Assembly: GCA_012295275.1 (NCBI GenBank) | Contig: CM022672.1 | Span: forward strand, 10,664,001-10,728,000 | Reading direction: 5' to 3' | Source: Chrysomallon squamiferum | Lineage: Eukaryota > Animalia > Mollusca | Length of the DNA stretch: 64,000 bases | Shown here: positions 41,498 through 55,692 of the stretch, piece by piece | How the letters are laid out: every line of letters begins with the position of its first letter | How positions within the stretch are numbered: position 1 is the first letter of the stretch | Program-made: the position numbers and the translations under genes | The notes under the pieces: model-generated | What the model saw: the letters and a program-made list of their open reading frames with translations, nothing else | Databases searched by the model: none | Told to the model about the DNA's origin: nothing

Positions 41498-42786
41498 GTA
41501 AGATTTTAATTTGTTTGCAGTACATAAATATGTAGATGTCTGTATATATATATATACATACATATATGTTTATTTACTTATCTCTCAGTCTCACTTTATA
41601 TTTTTATATCTATGTATGTGTGTGTGTATATATATATATATATATGCATGTCTGCATGTCTGTATGTCTATATGTCTGTCCGCATTTCTGTTTTTCTGTT
41701 TATCTATATGTCTGTCTTTCGATCTAAATGTCTGTAAATACAAACACATGTAAAGATTTGAGCCGGTTCATGTATAGAAATATATAGTTATGTTAGTATA
41801 TAGAGGGAGATAGATATATGTATGTATGTATGTCTGTTCTTGGTGTTTCTTTCATCAATGTTCGCCTGTCTCTGTCGATCAGTCTCTGTAATTGTGTGTG
41901 CATGTGTTTGTGGTGTATGGCTGTTTGTGTGCATGTGTATGAGTGTGCGTCTGAGTGCGCTCGCGCACGCGCGCGTGTTTGAAAACAAATACATTCTAAA
42001 GATATTATTATATTTGTATGTACTAGTTTAACGAAAACTTCCATAAAATTGATAAAGACACGTATGAATATGTCAAAACATATTCCAGTTAACCGATATA
42101 TATATAAAAACGAACCGCGGAATATAGAAGTTACCATAAGCAATCTTCAGTATTTAAAACGGAATAAATAAACAAAATACTATATAATTTTTTTTATTAT
42201 TATTATTTTTTTATTTTCATCACAATATTTTAACGATGGTTTAACTTTCTCTCACACAATGTTTTTTATACCATTTAAACTGTTTATTACGACAGAAGTA
42301 TCTCACAGACAAAAAAACCAAATGACTCCTGATTTCAACTTTTGTAAACGTAACGTCGATGTCGCGTTTGACATCCTTGACACACACGTGTGTTTCTGCG
42401 TGCGCCGCATCGATGGTTGTGCACATTTGTACCGTTCTAGCCTCTCTGTGGAAAACAAGCGTGTACACTTTATATCTGCGAAGTGCGACGAAATGATTGA
42501 AAGTCGTCAGAGCGAGTCGGAATAATGTCTTCACCAGTTGTCGTGCCGTTGTTCTCGGCATGTGACGTTGTCGCCTTCGTGTAATAAACTGAGCATTTAA
42601 ATGTCTGATATCACAGCTGTCTGAATGCGAGTTTCATGCTTTGTATTTTATGTTGTTTGTTTTTTTTTTTTTTTTTTCTTTATTTATTTCGTTCTGGTTG
42701 TGTTTGTATTTAAATGAAACTATAATTTTTGTGATTTCTATTTATTTATTTTTTTGTTTTTTTAATTTCTTTATTATTATTTTTTT

Positions 42787-42834
<48 letters not shown>

Positions 42835-43264
42835 TTTGTTTGTTTGTTTGTTTGTTTATTTATTTATTTTATTATTATATATATTTGTTTAATCACTGCG
42901 CCATACTTACTCTAAATAATAAATCAAACAAAACTGCACATTACTGAAACTTCGTATACGGAATAACTTTGGCAAATACATTGTTACACGTAATTGTTCT
43001 TTGAATAAACGAAATAAGTATTAATTAATCGATTTTAAAAGAATTCAAAACGAAAATAATATTAATAAAAATAACAACAACAACAACAACAATAATAATA
43101 ATATAATAGTAACAGATCTCAATGCCTTGTAAAGACGGTTATTAATCTGTTACATCATTTTTAATTGTTTATATGTAGCAGTAGAAGTAGTTGTAATTGT
43201 ATCTGTTGTAGTAATAGTGGTAGAAGTAGTGATAATATATATAACAATAACAGTTGTCGTAATG

Positions 43265-43319
<55 letters not shown>

Positions 43320-44060
43320 TAGTAGTAGTAGTAGTAATAGTAATAGTAGCAGCAATAGTAGTAGTAGTAATATCAACAACAAGTACACCTGAAAACATTT
43401 ATTAAAATCAATGTCACTTATTACATTCATATAAAAAATAAAAAAAATCTTTAACAGAGATCGGAAAATAGTTTTGTCAACCCATTAACCTGAAGGCATT
43501 TTGATTTTTGCAAATACTGATCCATGCCTCGATTCCAACCGCAGATCCACGCCCCGATTCGTACTTGCACATTTTAATTAACTCTTATCTGAGCGCTGCT
43601 GTCAGTGAGTGTTGCATTAACTTGTATCAGCACATCTGCAGTTTGCTCATCCCCGACAGAAACCGCAGGTGATGTTCATTATCCGTGTTCATTGCAGCAT
43701 TTATTGCACATTATGATATGCATTGTTTATTACGGTATTCTTTATCCGTTACAATATTCATCGCTGGTTGGAGTATTCGTTTATGTCAGCCTGCCCTTAA
43801 TGGCTAATAAATATTCATGTGTGATTCTGTATGTATCTCATATGTGTGTGTGGGTATATGTAAGTGGTTTGTGTATATGTTTGTATATATGTATATATGT
43901 GTGTAAATATGTGTTTGTATGCATATATGTACGTGTATGCCCACATACACACACATACATACATCCAACATATGTACATAACTACACAAAATGATATCAT
44001 TCTGGCGCAATTCAGAATGATACTACAAAAAAAAAAAAAAAAAAAAATCGTCAGCATATC

Positions 44061-44096
<36 letters not shown>

Positions 44097-44798
44097 AATA
44101 ACAGTAATACAAAATAGGTCCCACACATACTTCGAACCACTGACAACGCATTTATTTAAAGTTTTTTTGTTTGTTTAAACCTTTTGCTGGTAATTGCTAA
44201 TGTTCCTTCTGGTTTTCCCCACTCTTCGAGCCACTTAAAGCAAATTACTTTCGATCTGCCCCAGCACAGTACAAACGTCAATAATAAAAAAAAAAGTACA
44301 GTCGCTCTGAAAGAAAACGAACACACGCCTCGCTTTTAATCAACCGACTGAGAACCTGTTGAACGCGACGCTCCACTGGTATTCAGTGCACCACTTAAAA
44401 CCAGTGACAGCGCCACGTGACCACGTGCTAACCAGGCACGTGCGTGAACCCGACAGGAGTAACGACTGTAGATGTTAACATACGTTAAAAACCCCGGAGA
44501 TTAGAATCGGCAATGTCAACATTATAAATAATCGTTACTTTTTTTTTTTATTAAAGTAAACGTTTTAACGTGCAATCAGCGGTGAATTTCTTTTTTTAGA
44601 TAATTTATGACTGTTGTTGTTACTGCTGTACTGTTGTTGTTGTTTTTTTGCTGCTGTTTGATTTTGTTACGTTTTGATGTACTTGTATTATTATTATTAT
44701 CATCGTCATCGTTATTATTTTTGTTGTTTTAATTATCGTTCTTGTTGTTAAAAATAAAGATACAGATCCCAAAAAGAGAGAGAAAGAAAAAACGTAAG

Positions 44799-44895
<97 letters not shown>

Positions 44896-44997
44896 AAGAA
44901 AAAAAAAAAGACAAAGAAAATTATTCTTTTTTCATTTTATTTCAATGGAAAAACCCAGATATTTCGAATAACGTTTTGTTTTCTTTGTGTCTCTCAG

Positions 44998-45153
44998 GTA
45001 GAATTTGCGATCCATTAGCTTTCCGCTCGAGTAACATCGGCGGAAGTAAGCCCAAAGTAGCGACCCCATCTGTCGTCTCGAAAATAGAAGAACTGAAAAG
45101 AAACAACCCAACAATGTTTGCTTGGGAAATACGAGACAAATTACAGAGCGAAG
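44998..45153 (+). CDS. eyg: Eyegone-type Pax gene, coding exon 2 (linker plus RED subdomain)
   Basis: ctcag/GT...G/gtaaa; [51 protein letters not shown]. Confidence 0.95.
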
Positions 45154-45476
45154 GTAAAACACTTTATATCACTGAGATCAAATAATAACATCGATATATC
45201 TAGTGCAAAGGTAAAATACTGTAGATCACAAAATTATCGATATATCGTTATCGCAATATTAATAAATGAAATTCTTCTTCTTTTTGAACGAAATTCCATT
45301 TATTGTTTACTGATCTTTTTCTCTTTTTTTTAACGATCAAAGACTATATAGGTTTAGAAAAATACATTTGTTCACCAATTCGTTTTCACTCGAAATAAGC
45401 ATGCGTAAGGCAACATAATTTAAACATTTCTTCTGTCTCCTTTTCTCAGAAGGAAACAAGCTGTTGTTTGTTAGTG

Positions 45477-45518
<42 letters not shown>

Positions 45519-45924
45519 GAAATATGAGTAAAATTAAGTTATCTATAATAATTACATCCGAAAAAAAAAAAAAAAACGTCATTTTAACAATTATATCTGA
45601 AAAAAAAAAACGTCATTTTCGTCAAATGTCAAAATTATAACCACTTAAAATATTTAACAAAACATACTGGGGAAAGTAAAAAAAAAAAATAAATAAATCT
45701 ACTAAATCTTATAAAATCCCATATTTTTTTCTGCTTTTGTTTTAGGCGGCGAATACAATCTTTTGGTTACGGCATTAATGTGAATGTAAATTAATGTGTT
45801 TTTTTATTTTTATTTTTATTTTTTTGTTATTTTTATTTTTTTTTATTTTTTATAAATTATTTTTTTATTTGTCCCACTCTACTTACAACTTTTTGTGATA
45901 AATTTGCTGAATTCCATTTCACAG

Positions 45925-46176
45925 GTATCTGCAATCAGACGAATTTACCGAGTGTCAGTTCAATCAACAGAATTCTGAGAAACCGGGCCGCGGAGAGGGC
46001 GGCCTCGGAATACGCCCAGATGGCTTCACACATTCTGCAGCCGTTGTACCCGCCGGTGTGGACGCCATCGCTGGCGCCACCCGCCGTACACCAAGCTCTT
46101 CCTTTGCTGAAAACGCCGAGTGTAAACGAAGCCAGTAAAGCTCAGCCTTCCTTGGATAACAGTTTAGATGACGATG
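45925..46176 (+). CDS. eyg: Eyegone-type Pax gene, coding exon 3
   Basis: cacag/GT...G/gtaag; (G)ICNQTNLPSVSSINRILRNRAAERAASEYAQMASHILQPLYPPVW...SLDDD. The RNRAAERAA continuation is characteristic of Eyg/Toe. Confidence 0.95.
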
Positions 46177-46584
46177 GTAAGAACAGTTTGAAAAATAACG
46201 TAACGCTTGGAAAAATAAAGCGTTTTGTGGGTAAACAAACACAAGCGGATAAAGTTTACAGTGTTATGAAACTGAAATATTTTCTATATTCGTATATATC
46301 ATTATACATAACAACTACTATTTTCTATATTCGTATATATCTTTATTATACATAACAACTACTACTATTATAAAAACAGACAGAGAGATTACAAAACTGA
46401 AATATCCAAGTGTGTGTGTGTGTTAGTGTGTCATCTTGGGTATTTCAGTTTTACAAGTGTATAATATATATATATATATATATATATATCTGTTCTCTAA
46501 ATAATATAGTAGTGATAATAATAAGAAACAAATTCAAAAAAATCATTTTTACATGGATGACATATATATATTAACACACACACA

Positions 46585-46624
<40 letters not shown>

Positions 46625-47391
46625 CAAACTGAGATAAATGTTTTACATAATCATTACTTTTATACTAAGATATAATAATAATAGTAACAGCAGCAGTATA
46701 TATAGCAGTAGTAGAAGTTTTAGCTGTAGTAATAGTAGTAGTAGTAGCAGTAGTAGTAGCAATAGTAGTACTAGTAGTAGTAGTAGTAATAACAGTAGTA
46801 GTGGTAGTAGTAACATCAAGAACAAGAATAATAAGAAAAACAAGTTTATACAAAAACAGTTTTAAACGGGTGACAAAAAGAACCCAAAAGGTTTGGGTTG
46901 GATGTTTTTTTTGTTTTTTGGAGGGCTTTTTTGGGTCTCTTTATTGTTGTTTCTTAATGTCCAAAATATCTTCATTTGTGCCTGTGACAAGCATATTTTT
47001 CTTTTCTCCCTTAACGGTCTATTAATGTTGCAGGGTTAAAACCGACACTTTGTAATTATGAGTAAGGATTTCTAACATAATTATGAGATATTGAAAGAAA
47101 CAGCTGTGGTGATTTTAAAATGAACCAGGACCCAGTTACTGGTTCAGAAGCGAGTTTACGGATCATTACATTAATAATTATGTAAGAGATTACTTCCATC
47201 AAGAAGACTGAATAGTTTACACTTTACAAATCATTGTATATATAACAGGTGTTTCAATGAAATGCAACTTACATTGTCTCTCAGTACATCATGATTATGA
47301 TTTCTTTTTTTTTTTTTCTTTTTTTTTTCTCGGAAAATGACATTCGTAATGTTTTAATTAAACAGTAGAAAAGAATATTTAATAAGAATTT

Positions 47392-47422
<31 letters not shown>

Positions 47423-47675
47423 AATGAAGGTAAACAGGAAAAAAAAAAAAAAAAAAAAAAAAGTAATTACGCAACACGTTTATAACTTTAAAAAAAAAAA
47501 TTTAAAATTTAAAAATATAGGTTGAATTGAATAATGATATAATTAAGTCTTTTCAGTTCATTTTTTTGTTATTCTATTTTTTATTTAATATTATTGAAAA
47601 TAAAATAATAATTTTGTAACATGAAAATGGAAACCAGTTTACACACTTTTCTTATTTATTTTTTATTTTATTTAA

Positions 47676-47742
<67 letters not shown>

Positions 47743-48115
47743 TATTTATTTATTAATTTATTGAAGAAATAGTAATAAATAAATTAATCAATTAATTTAA
47801 AAATTAAAAACTTCCAAAAGCAGACAACCAGTAAAAACAAGTCGTTTCTGTTTGAAATAATACAGATAAAAAGTCATCAATTTTCAACATCTACGCGTTG
47901 TTCTGTACACTTTTTTAGATAAACTATTACTGTCATAACATTTTGAAATTCACGTTCAGTAAAATTACTGATGACGGATATTATTATTATTATTATTATT
48001 ATTATAATTATTATTGTTGTTGTTGTTGTTATTATCATTATTATTATTATTATTGTTGTTGTTGTTATTATTATTATCATTATTATGATTATTATTATTA
48101 TTTTGCATTGAGCAG

Positions 48116-48297
48116 ATACTGATGACGACAATTCCGGAAGTGCAACCAGTTCTCAGAAGTTACGCCGCAACAGGACGACTTTCAGTCAAGGTCAGTTAGA
48201 CGTGCTGGAGAAAGAGTTCCAGAAAACACACTACCCAGGGGTGACAACTCGTGAAAATCTCGCAACCAAAACCAACCTTTCTGAAGCCAGAGTTCAG
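48116..48297 (+). CDS. eyg: Eyegone-type Pax gene, coding exon 4 (homeodomain 5' part)
   Basis: gcag/AT...CAG/gtag; [60 protein letters not shown]; intron at the PRD-class VQ/VWF position. Confidence 0.95.
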
Positions 48298-48447
48298 GTA
48301 GCGGAAATGTTAAATAGTTAGTTAGTGAACTGTTTTGGTGGGAAAATTCAGTTAAATTTATTTTATATTATTATGTTATGTTAAGTTATGCTATGTTATG
48401 TTATGTTGTATTACATTATGTTATTTATTAATTTATTTATAGTATTA

Positions 48448-48527
<80 letters not shown>

Positions 48528-48747
48528 ACAATGTAAGAATGTGCATAGTTAATTAAAAATGCATATTATAAAAAAAAAAAATACTCTTTAATTGTCGTAA
48601 TGGACATTAACACTTAAATTATAATTAAACAAAGGGGAAATTATAACTGAACAATTCTTCAACCACTTACCTATTAAATTCCAGAGATCAGATCTTTTCT
48701 CTAACTGATCACGAATAAAATAACATTCTTAATTTACACTCTTTCAG

Positions 48748-49062
48748 GTCTGGTTTTCAAACAGACGAGCGAAATGGCGCCGACACCAGCGGCTGAAAAT
48801 TCTCCAGACTTCCAATCCGTTCCTGTTTCGCTACCCCAACTTACCTTTCCCTTCGTGCGACGTCGGCAGTCACCCGTTTGACCATCTCGCGCCCACGTCG
48901 CTAGCCATCACGACGACATCGCATTCGTCCCTGTCGCAATCCCAGATGTATCCCGTGGAGCCGGTGCCTTTAGTTTCGCGCTCGCCATTTCGTCAGTCTA
49001 GTAGCCGTCACAGTATCGCCATTGGTAGCGAGAACTCGGCGTTTAGGCCCGTTGATAAATGA
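48748..49062 (+). CDS. eyg: Eyegone-type Pax gene, coding exon 5 (homeodomain helix 3 and C-terminus)
   Basis: tttcag/VWFSNRRAKWRRHQRLKILQ...GSENSAFRPVDK*; S50 homeodomain, KWRRHQR as in Eyg. The five exons total 1065 nt (354 aa plus stop). Confidence 0.95.
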   Translation, partial: VWFSNRRAKWRRHQRLKILQTSNPFLFRYPNLPFPSCDVGSHPFDHLAPTSLAITTTSHSSLSQSQMYPVEPVPLVSRSPFRQSSSRHSIAIGSENSAFRPVDK

Positions 49063-49396
49063 AATTACAAAAAGAAAAAAAAAAATAAAAACAAAAAAAT
49101 AGAAAGGAAAATGTACCAGTTGTTCAAACTTTCAGATTCCTATTCCGATAAGTGACTGATGGAAAAAAGATATGGATTCTGTTTCAACTGTGACTACATT
49201 CAAAGTCAGTGAATTTAAAGCTGTGTGTTAATCAATCAAGGACAGACAATCACGCTAACAAGATTAACCAGGGTTTGAAAAAGTAGAAGATTAAAATCAT
49301 TTATGTTATATCTTGTATTTTAATGAAAATAATGACTTATCGCCCCTTGTTGACTCCCCGAAAACCCACTTTTTCTTCTTAAAGAAACCATGAAAA

Positions 49397-49439
<43 letters not shown>

Positions 49440-49882
49440 CATTTTGGTTTTCAGATATCGCTCCGCCTCAACCATTCTTTATTAAAAAAAAATTAAAAAA
49501 AAAAAAATATAAAAATAAATTATCCATCTTAGATATTTAAAATGGATATCAAAGAAATTAATACGTATATATCTTGTGTCAACGGATTATTAATATTCTT
49601 TCACTAAACTGGCTGTGAGTGGAACCAAGGGTTCGTACACCATTGTTACGAAAGTATCCGACGAGTTCCGAAATTATCCGACATGATCCGCATGCTATCA
49701 CATAATATAATTGTGTTTTCTCTTTTAAATTTGTACATACAGACCACCTGCTCACTACGAATTAACATGTACGAAAGTGGGGGTTTTTTTTATGAAGGGA
49801 TCTGGTGCAATACTGATACTTTTTTTTACATTTATTTATATGTTGTGTTTTCTTCGTGTTATATAATTATTACTCTGAGTGC

Positions 49883-49888
49883 AATAAA
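49883..49888 (+). terminator. Candidate polyadenylation signal of the Pax gene
   Basis: AATAAA at the end of the complex 3' region, about 820 nt after the stop; other AATAAA hexamers occur earlier. Confidence 0.3.
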
Positions 49889-50074
49889 ATAAAAATTTAA
49901 ATATCTTCTGTTATTATTATATATTTTTTTAGAGTGAACGTGCATGCGCGTGCGTTTGTGTGTGTGTTATAATATAGCCAGCTTCATCGTTAAAATTAGT
50001 TTAAATAAGAATTACATATAAATGTTGAAAAATAAATAAATATCTATATATGCACGCAGTCAAACACATAAGTA

Positions 50075-50744
50075 TCAAGGACGGATCATTGATTTTGTAA
50101 AACGAAGACGAGCTAGATTCAGATACGCCGCCACTAGTTGACGCAACGAACAACACAACAACCGCCCAGCATCTTGCGTCTCATTCGTTTGCTTTACGTG
50201 GTTACCTCGCCGTGGAAGCATCTCTGTTGTGTTGACTCGCGTTTTATGCGGTATTTTCACAAATTTCCATGGATTCTAACAAAGTGAGTGCAAAGGACAG
50301 TCTGAGAAGAAGAAGTGGATGATGTCCATTGAATTAAAGCATGAAATCATAGAAAAACATGACAGAGGTGTGCGAGGTGTCAACGTGTAGTCAAAATGTT
50401 TACGATATGTACCATACTGAAGCAGAAGGCCTTAAAATAATTTCTAAGCTGAGGACATCTGTCCATGAAAAGATGGAGAAACCCTAACCCTGTACACTTT
50501 ACAAAACCAATTTATTTCTTTACATTCTATTTTGTTTTGTTTTTATGGAATATTTGTCATTTATACATACATTTTTCTTATTTCAAAACACTTTAAAAAT
50601 AATTGGGGCGACTTTTGGTGGGAAGGAACGGATTAATGGTATTTCAATTAATTTCATTTGGGAAAATCGATTTGATATACGAGCAAATTTGAGTTACGAG
50701 CTCTGTCACGGAACAAATTAAACTCGTAAGCCAAGGTACCACTG
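50075..50744 (+). mobile_element. Tigger/pogo-like internally deleted remnant
   Basis: Encodes KKKWMMSIELKHEIIEKHDRGVR (psq/CENP-B HTH start, ~50307-50375) and ends aactcgtaagccaaggtaccactg|ta, a Tigger-type TIR; left boundary approximate. Confidence 0.75.
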
Positions 50745-51505
50745 TACATCGTTCTTATTGTTGCAAAAATCCACACAGATTGAGCCCTAAATCATAAATC
50801 AAATTCATGCAGAGTATTTAGTCTGATGTGTATATTTGCACTATTTATCACATTATTACATAAATATATTACTTAATTTTCTGACTGCTGAATTTATCCT
50901 CTTTTTAAAAAATATATATATGTATATATATATGAATTTGTTATGGAAAATGCAAGATTTTTCATGGAGATTATTATTATTATTATTTATTTTATTTTTA
51001 TTTTTTTTTTTTTATTGATCTATATTGGTTCACTGTTTAGTATATTTAATTATGTTTTATGATGTGTTAGTTTGTGTGCATGTTATGTTATTTTCAGATG
51101 CATGCATGTATGTATTTATAGTTTCAGTTTGGAATACAAAGAACATAAAAAGTGTTCCTTTTCTTTTTAGCCATATTTATGGTTAAGAATCAAACAATAA
51201 AATTTGTGCTGATATGTATAATTAAATAGAGTATTTCTTCTTTCCTTCCTGAGTTACATCAAACTCTAAAGAATGTTTTCATTACAAAACCTCTGTGATG
51301 AATCAACCAGCTGATAAATATCTCAAACAGATGTGGTCCAGGACATGCATGCATCAGCCTCACAACAGAGTCATATCAATAATTGTTCCAGCTATTTCTG
51401 TAATCCCTGTTTAACGTTTCAAAGAGAAATACTAACAAATATGAGTGAACTGAATACAGTATTTAAAATTACTGTTTTCTTCTGATATTCTTCCAGTTAG
51501 TAATA

Positions 51506-51536
<31 letters not shown>

Positions 51537-51853
51537 GTTTATGAATATATTTAAATATACAAAACATATTGTTTAAATGAAGAATTAAACAAAATTGTAA
51601 AATGAAGAATAGGCAATTAAAAGAGAGTGATTGACACAAAAGTAGAGCATTTTATGAATTATTTCCCTTTGTACACAGATTTTGAGTGAATAAAGAAAAG
51701 AAGTTTAATGTACAATCTGTATTGAAAAAAAGAATGTTGGCACATGTCTGAAATCAATGAATTTCTTACATACACACATATCCTTATATACACAGTTACT
51801 AACATACAAACATAACATGCACACACACACACACACACACATAAGCATCCATG

Positions 51854-51888
<35 letters not shown>

Positions 51889-53282
51889 CCAGACACACAC
51901 ATACTGTAATCACTACCATATGTTTATTCAAGGAGAAAATAATTATGCCACAGAACAATGACACAGGGCAGAAAAGTACAGAAATGAAAAGTGCAGATTA
52001 CAGTTGCAAATAAATCAATATGTTACATTAAGCTGTGCTCAATGTGGAATCAATGTTTAACAGCTCCTCAATACATTTGAATGTTAAATTTCTGTGATAA
52101 ATCTCTATACTTATAAAACTGATTTTTCAGGGGACACCTAATGCAGCAAAACCTCAGGGTTATTCTGACTAATTAGCAGTGAGGTATCTTTCATATCAAC
52201 CTACCCACTGGCGGGAAAATAAAGACCTTTGATAAAGCAGTCTAGTAGAAAATAATATAATACAGCGTATGTAAGTATAGATATTAAATGTATTAGTTTG
52301 TTTCAGTATAATGCATTACAAATCAAATTAGTTATTGAAATGTATTGTATTAACCACGATGTAGTTAACTGTATTACAGTTCATTACGGTATTATATATT
52401 ACAAAGTATTACAAAGTAAATTCTAGCTCAGTTTAATAGAAACTGTATTATCAAAGTGTATACGTGTACAATTAGTTCATTTTATAACAATTTATTACCG
52501 TGTAATGTACTATTAAGTAACCAGTAGTAAAGAGTTAAATACATTTTATTACAGTTTATTACACTAATAAAGCCTCAACAACAACAAACAGGTCACTATT
52601 GCTACAACACTATGTATTGTCAACGGTACAATGTACGATGAACATACACTAATAAAATAGGGCTATATTTAGCAATATTTCGTAGCTTTCTCTCTAACTG
52701 TATTTATTTCATATACTAAACTGACTTTATATATTTAACTTAAAATCATCTTAAAATATCATGCTTGTCCCATTCAAGCAGTCATGTACGTTGATATAGA
52801 CCACACCTTACATTTTACGTGTAAACTCAATCTTTTGTCTGGTCAAGTTCGTGATGAACTGGGTGGTGAGACCTCACACTGAAAGTAAAGGTCACACTAT
52901 ACAGTTTTGTCTGACTCTCGTCTATATTCATGTTTCCCTCAATACAAAAATATTGCACAATAATTTGTCTGCATGATTTTTCACTGCGTGATTTGTGAAT
53001 GGGATCGGGTTGTGTGTTATAATTAAAATTTTAAAAAAAAACTCTGAATTACTGGTAATGTATTATTTTATAATTTGTATTCTTTATTTCTTCTTTTTCT
53101 TTTTCTTCTTGTTGTTGTTGTTGTTATTATTATTATTATTATTCTTACTGTTGTTGTTAATTGCTGATCTTGTTGATGATAGTTTTGCAGTCGTTGTAGA
53201 TGCTCTTACTATAACTATTATTACTAGTACCGTTGTTGTTAATTGCTGATACTGTTGTTGATGATGATGATAGCGTAAAAAT

Positions 53283-55692
53283 TAAGGTTGCGGACTTGGG
53301 TAGGATTAGGGTTAGGGCTAGGATTAGGTTAGGATTGGGATTAGGATTAGGGTTAGGGTTAGGGTTAAGGTTAGGTTAGAATTAGGGTTACAGTTAGGGT
53401 TTGGAAAACAGTTTTATGATCACGGTCGGTACTAGTGTTAGCGTTAGAATTAAGTTAATCTCTTCATTACGGTTAGGGTTAGAAGTAGGGTTAGAGTTGG
53501 CACTATGATTAGGGTTAGTGTTTGGGTTTGGATAGGATTAAATTTAGAAGCTGGCCTAGGGTTAGGTTAGGGTTAGGATTAGGATTAGGATTAGGATTAG
53601 GATTAGGGTTAAGGTTAGGTTAGAATTAGGGTTACAGTTAGGGATTTTTAAAATGTATTATGAGTGAATGATAATTTGCAAAATCATTTTAAGATAACGA
53701 TTAGAAACAGCGTCAGAGAAAGAATTAAGGTTGGGGACTTGGGTAGGATTAGGTTTAGAAGTTGGGCAATGGGTAGGTTCAGGGTTAGGGCTAGGGTTAT
53801 GGTGAGGGTTATTTAAACTTTATTATGAATCTGATGTTAATCGGATAAACAGTTTGAGGATGATGGTTAGAAATCGTGTTAGCACAAGAATTAAATTTAG
53901 TCCCTTTGTTAGTGTTAAGTTTAGGGTCAGAGTGAGGGCTACAGTTAGTGTTAGGGTTGCAATGAGGGTTATTTAAAGTTTATTATGAGTGTTATGATAA
54001 ACTGCAAAACAGTTTTAAGATCATAGTTAGTAATAGTGTTAGCGTTAGAATTAAATTTAACGAGTTCGTTAGGGTTAGGTTTAGAGTTAGGGATATAATC
54101 TGCGAAAGGGTCAGGGTTATGTCAATTTTATTATGACTGTTATGATAATGTGCAAAATGTTTTTAGTATCACGACTGGAAATAGCGTTAGCGTAAGAATT
54201 AAGGTTGGGGACGGTATGATTAGGATTAGGAGCTGGGCTAGGGTTTTGGTTAGGGTAATGGTTTTTTAAAGTTTATTATGAGTCTTCTGATGATCGGCGA
54301 AACTGTTTTACGATCAGGGTTAGTACTAGTGTTGGAATTAAAATTAAGTTTATTGACTTCGTTAGGGTTATATTTAGAGTTATGGCTAGAGTCTGGATTA
54401 GGGTTAAGGTCAGTGTTAGGATCAAGGTTAGGGTTAAAGTTAGGGTTATTAAAAGTTTATTACGAGTTTAATGATAATCTGCAGAACTGCTGTAGGATGA
54501 GGGTTAGAAATGGTATTAGCATAAGAATTAAATTTAGTTTCTTCCTTACAGTTAGGTTTAGGGTCAGAATTAGTGCTAAAGTTAGGGTTAGGAATGCCAC
54601 TATGATTAGGGTTTCGTTTAGGGTGAGGGTTATTTGAAGTTTATGATGAATCTTATGACAATCTGTAAAACAGTGTTATGATCACGGTCGGTACTAGTGT
54701 TAGCGTTAAGTTTAGTCTCTTCGTTAGGGTTTCGTTTAGGTTCAGAGTCAGGGTCAGGGTTAGGGTACGCTTAGAGTTATTTAAAGTTTAATATGAGTTT
54801 GATGATAATGTTCAAAACAGTTTTAGGATGAGGGTTAGAAATGTTGTTAGCATAAGAATTAAGTTAATCTCTTCGTTACGGTTAGGGTTAGGGTTAGAAT
54901 TAACGCTATGATAAGGGTTAGTGTTTGGGTTTGGATAGGATTAGGTTTAGAAGTTGGCCTAGGGTTAGGGTTAGGGTTAGGGTTAGGGTTAGGGTTAGGG
55001 TTAGGGTTATTTAAAGTTTATTATAAATCTTATGATACTGTGGAAAAAGTTTTATAATCAGCGTCATTGCTAGCGTTAGCGTTAGGATTAAATATAACCC
55101 TCACCCTAGCCCAACTTCTAAACCTAATCCTACCAAATCCCCAATCTTAATTCTTACGCTAACGCTACATCTAATCGTGACCCTAAAATTATTCTGCACA
55201 TTGTTGTAACACTCAAAATAAATTTAAAATAATCCTAAATCTAATCCTAACCCTAACCCCAGTGCTAACTAAACGTAACCCTAACAAAGAGATTAACGTA
55301 ATTCTAATACTAATACCATTTCTATCCCTCGTCCTAAAACTGTTTAGCACATTATCACTAAACTCATAATAAACTTCAAATAACCCTAACAATAACCATA
55401 ACCATAACCCGGACTCTGTTTCTAACTTTGAAGCTAACCCAAACGATATCGTTAAACTTAATTCTAATTCTAACACTAGTACTAACCCTGATCACAAAAC
55501 TGTTTTGCGGATTATGATAATAAACTTTAAATAACCCTAACCCTAACCCTAAAATCAACTTCTAAAATTAATCCTACCCAACTCCCGATCCTTAATTCTT
55601 ATGGTAACGCTGTTTCTAATCGTAATCCTAAAATTATTTTGCAAATTATCATAACACTCATAATAAAACTAATATAACACTAACCCTAACCA
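53283..55692. repeat. Complex satellite with interspersed telomere-like hexamers, inverted at ~55090
   Basis: ~150-190-bp units (ttatttaaagtttattatga...gataat...aaaacagtttt...gttagcgttagaattaa plus TTAGGG variants); about 8 near-perfect TTAGGG at 54961-55008; after ~55095 the same units read as CCCTAA. Confidence 0.9.

Noticed and set aside
44998-49062. Calling the gene Pax6
   Set aside because: No intact PAI exon found; [22 protein letters not shown] and RNRAAERAA fit Eyg rather than Pax6 (LQRNRTSF, YPDVFARE, KWRREEK).
54961-55008. True chromosome end
   Set aside because: Only about 8 perfect hexamers, interstitial and embedded in a larger satellite unit.
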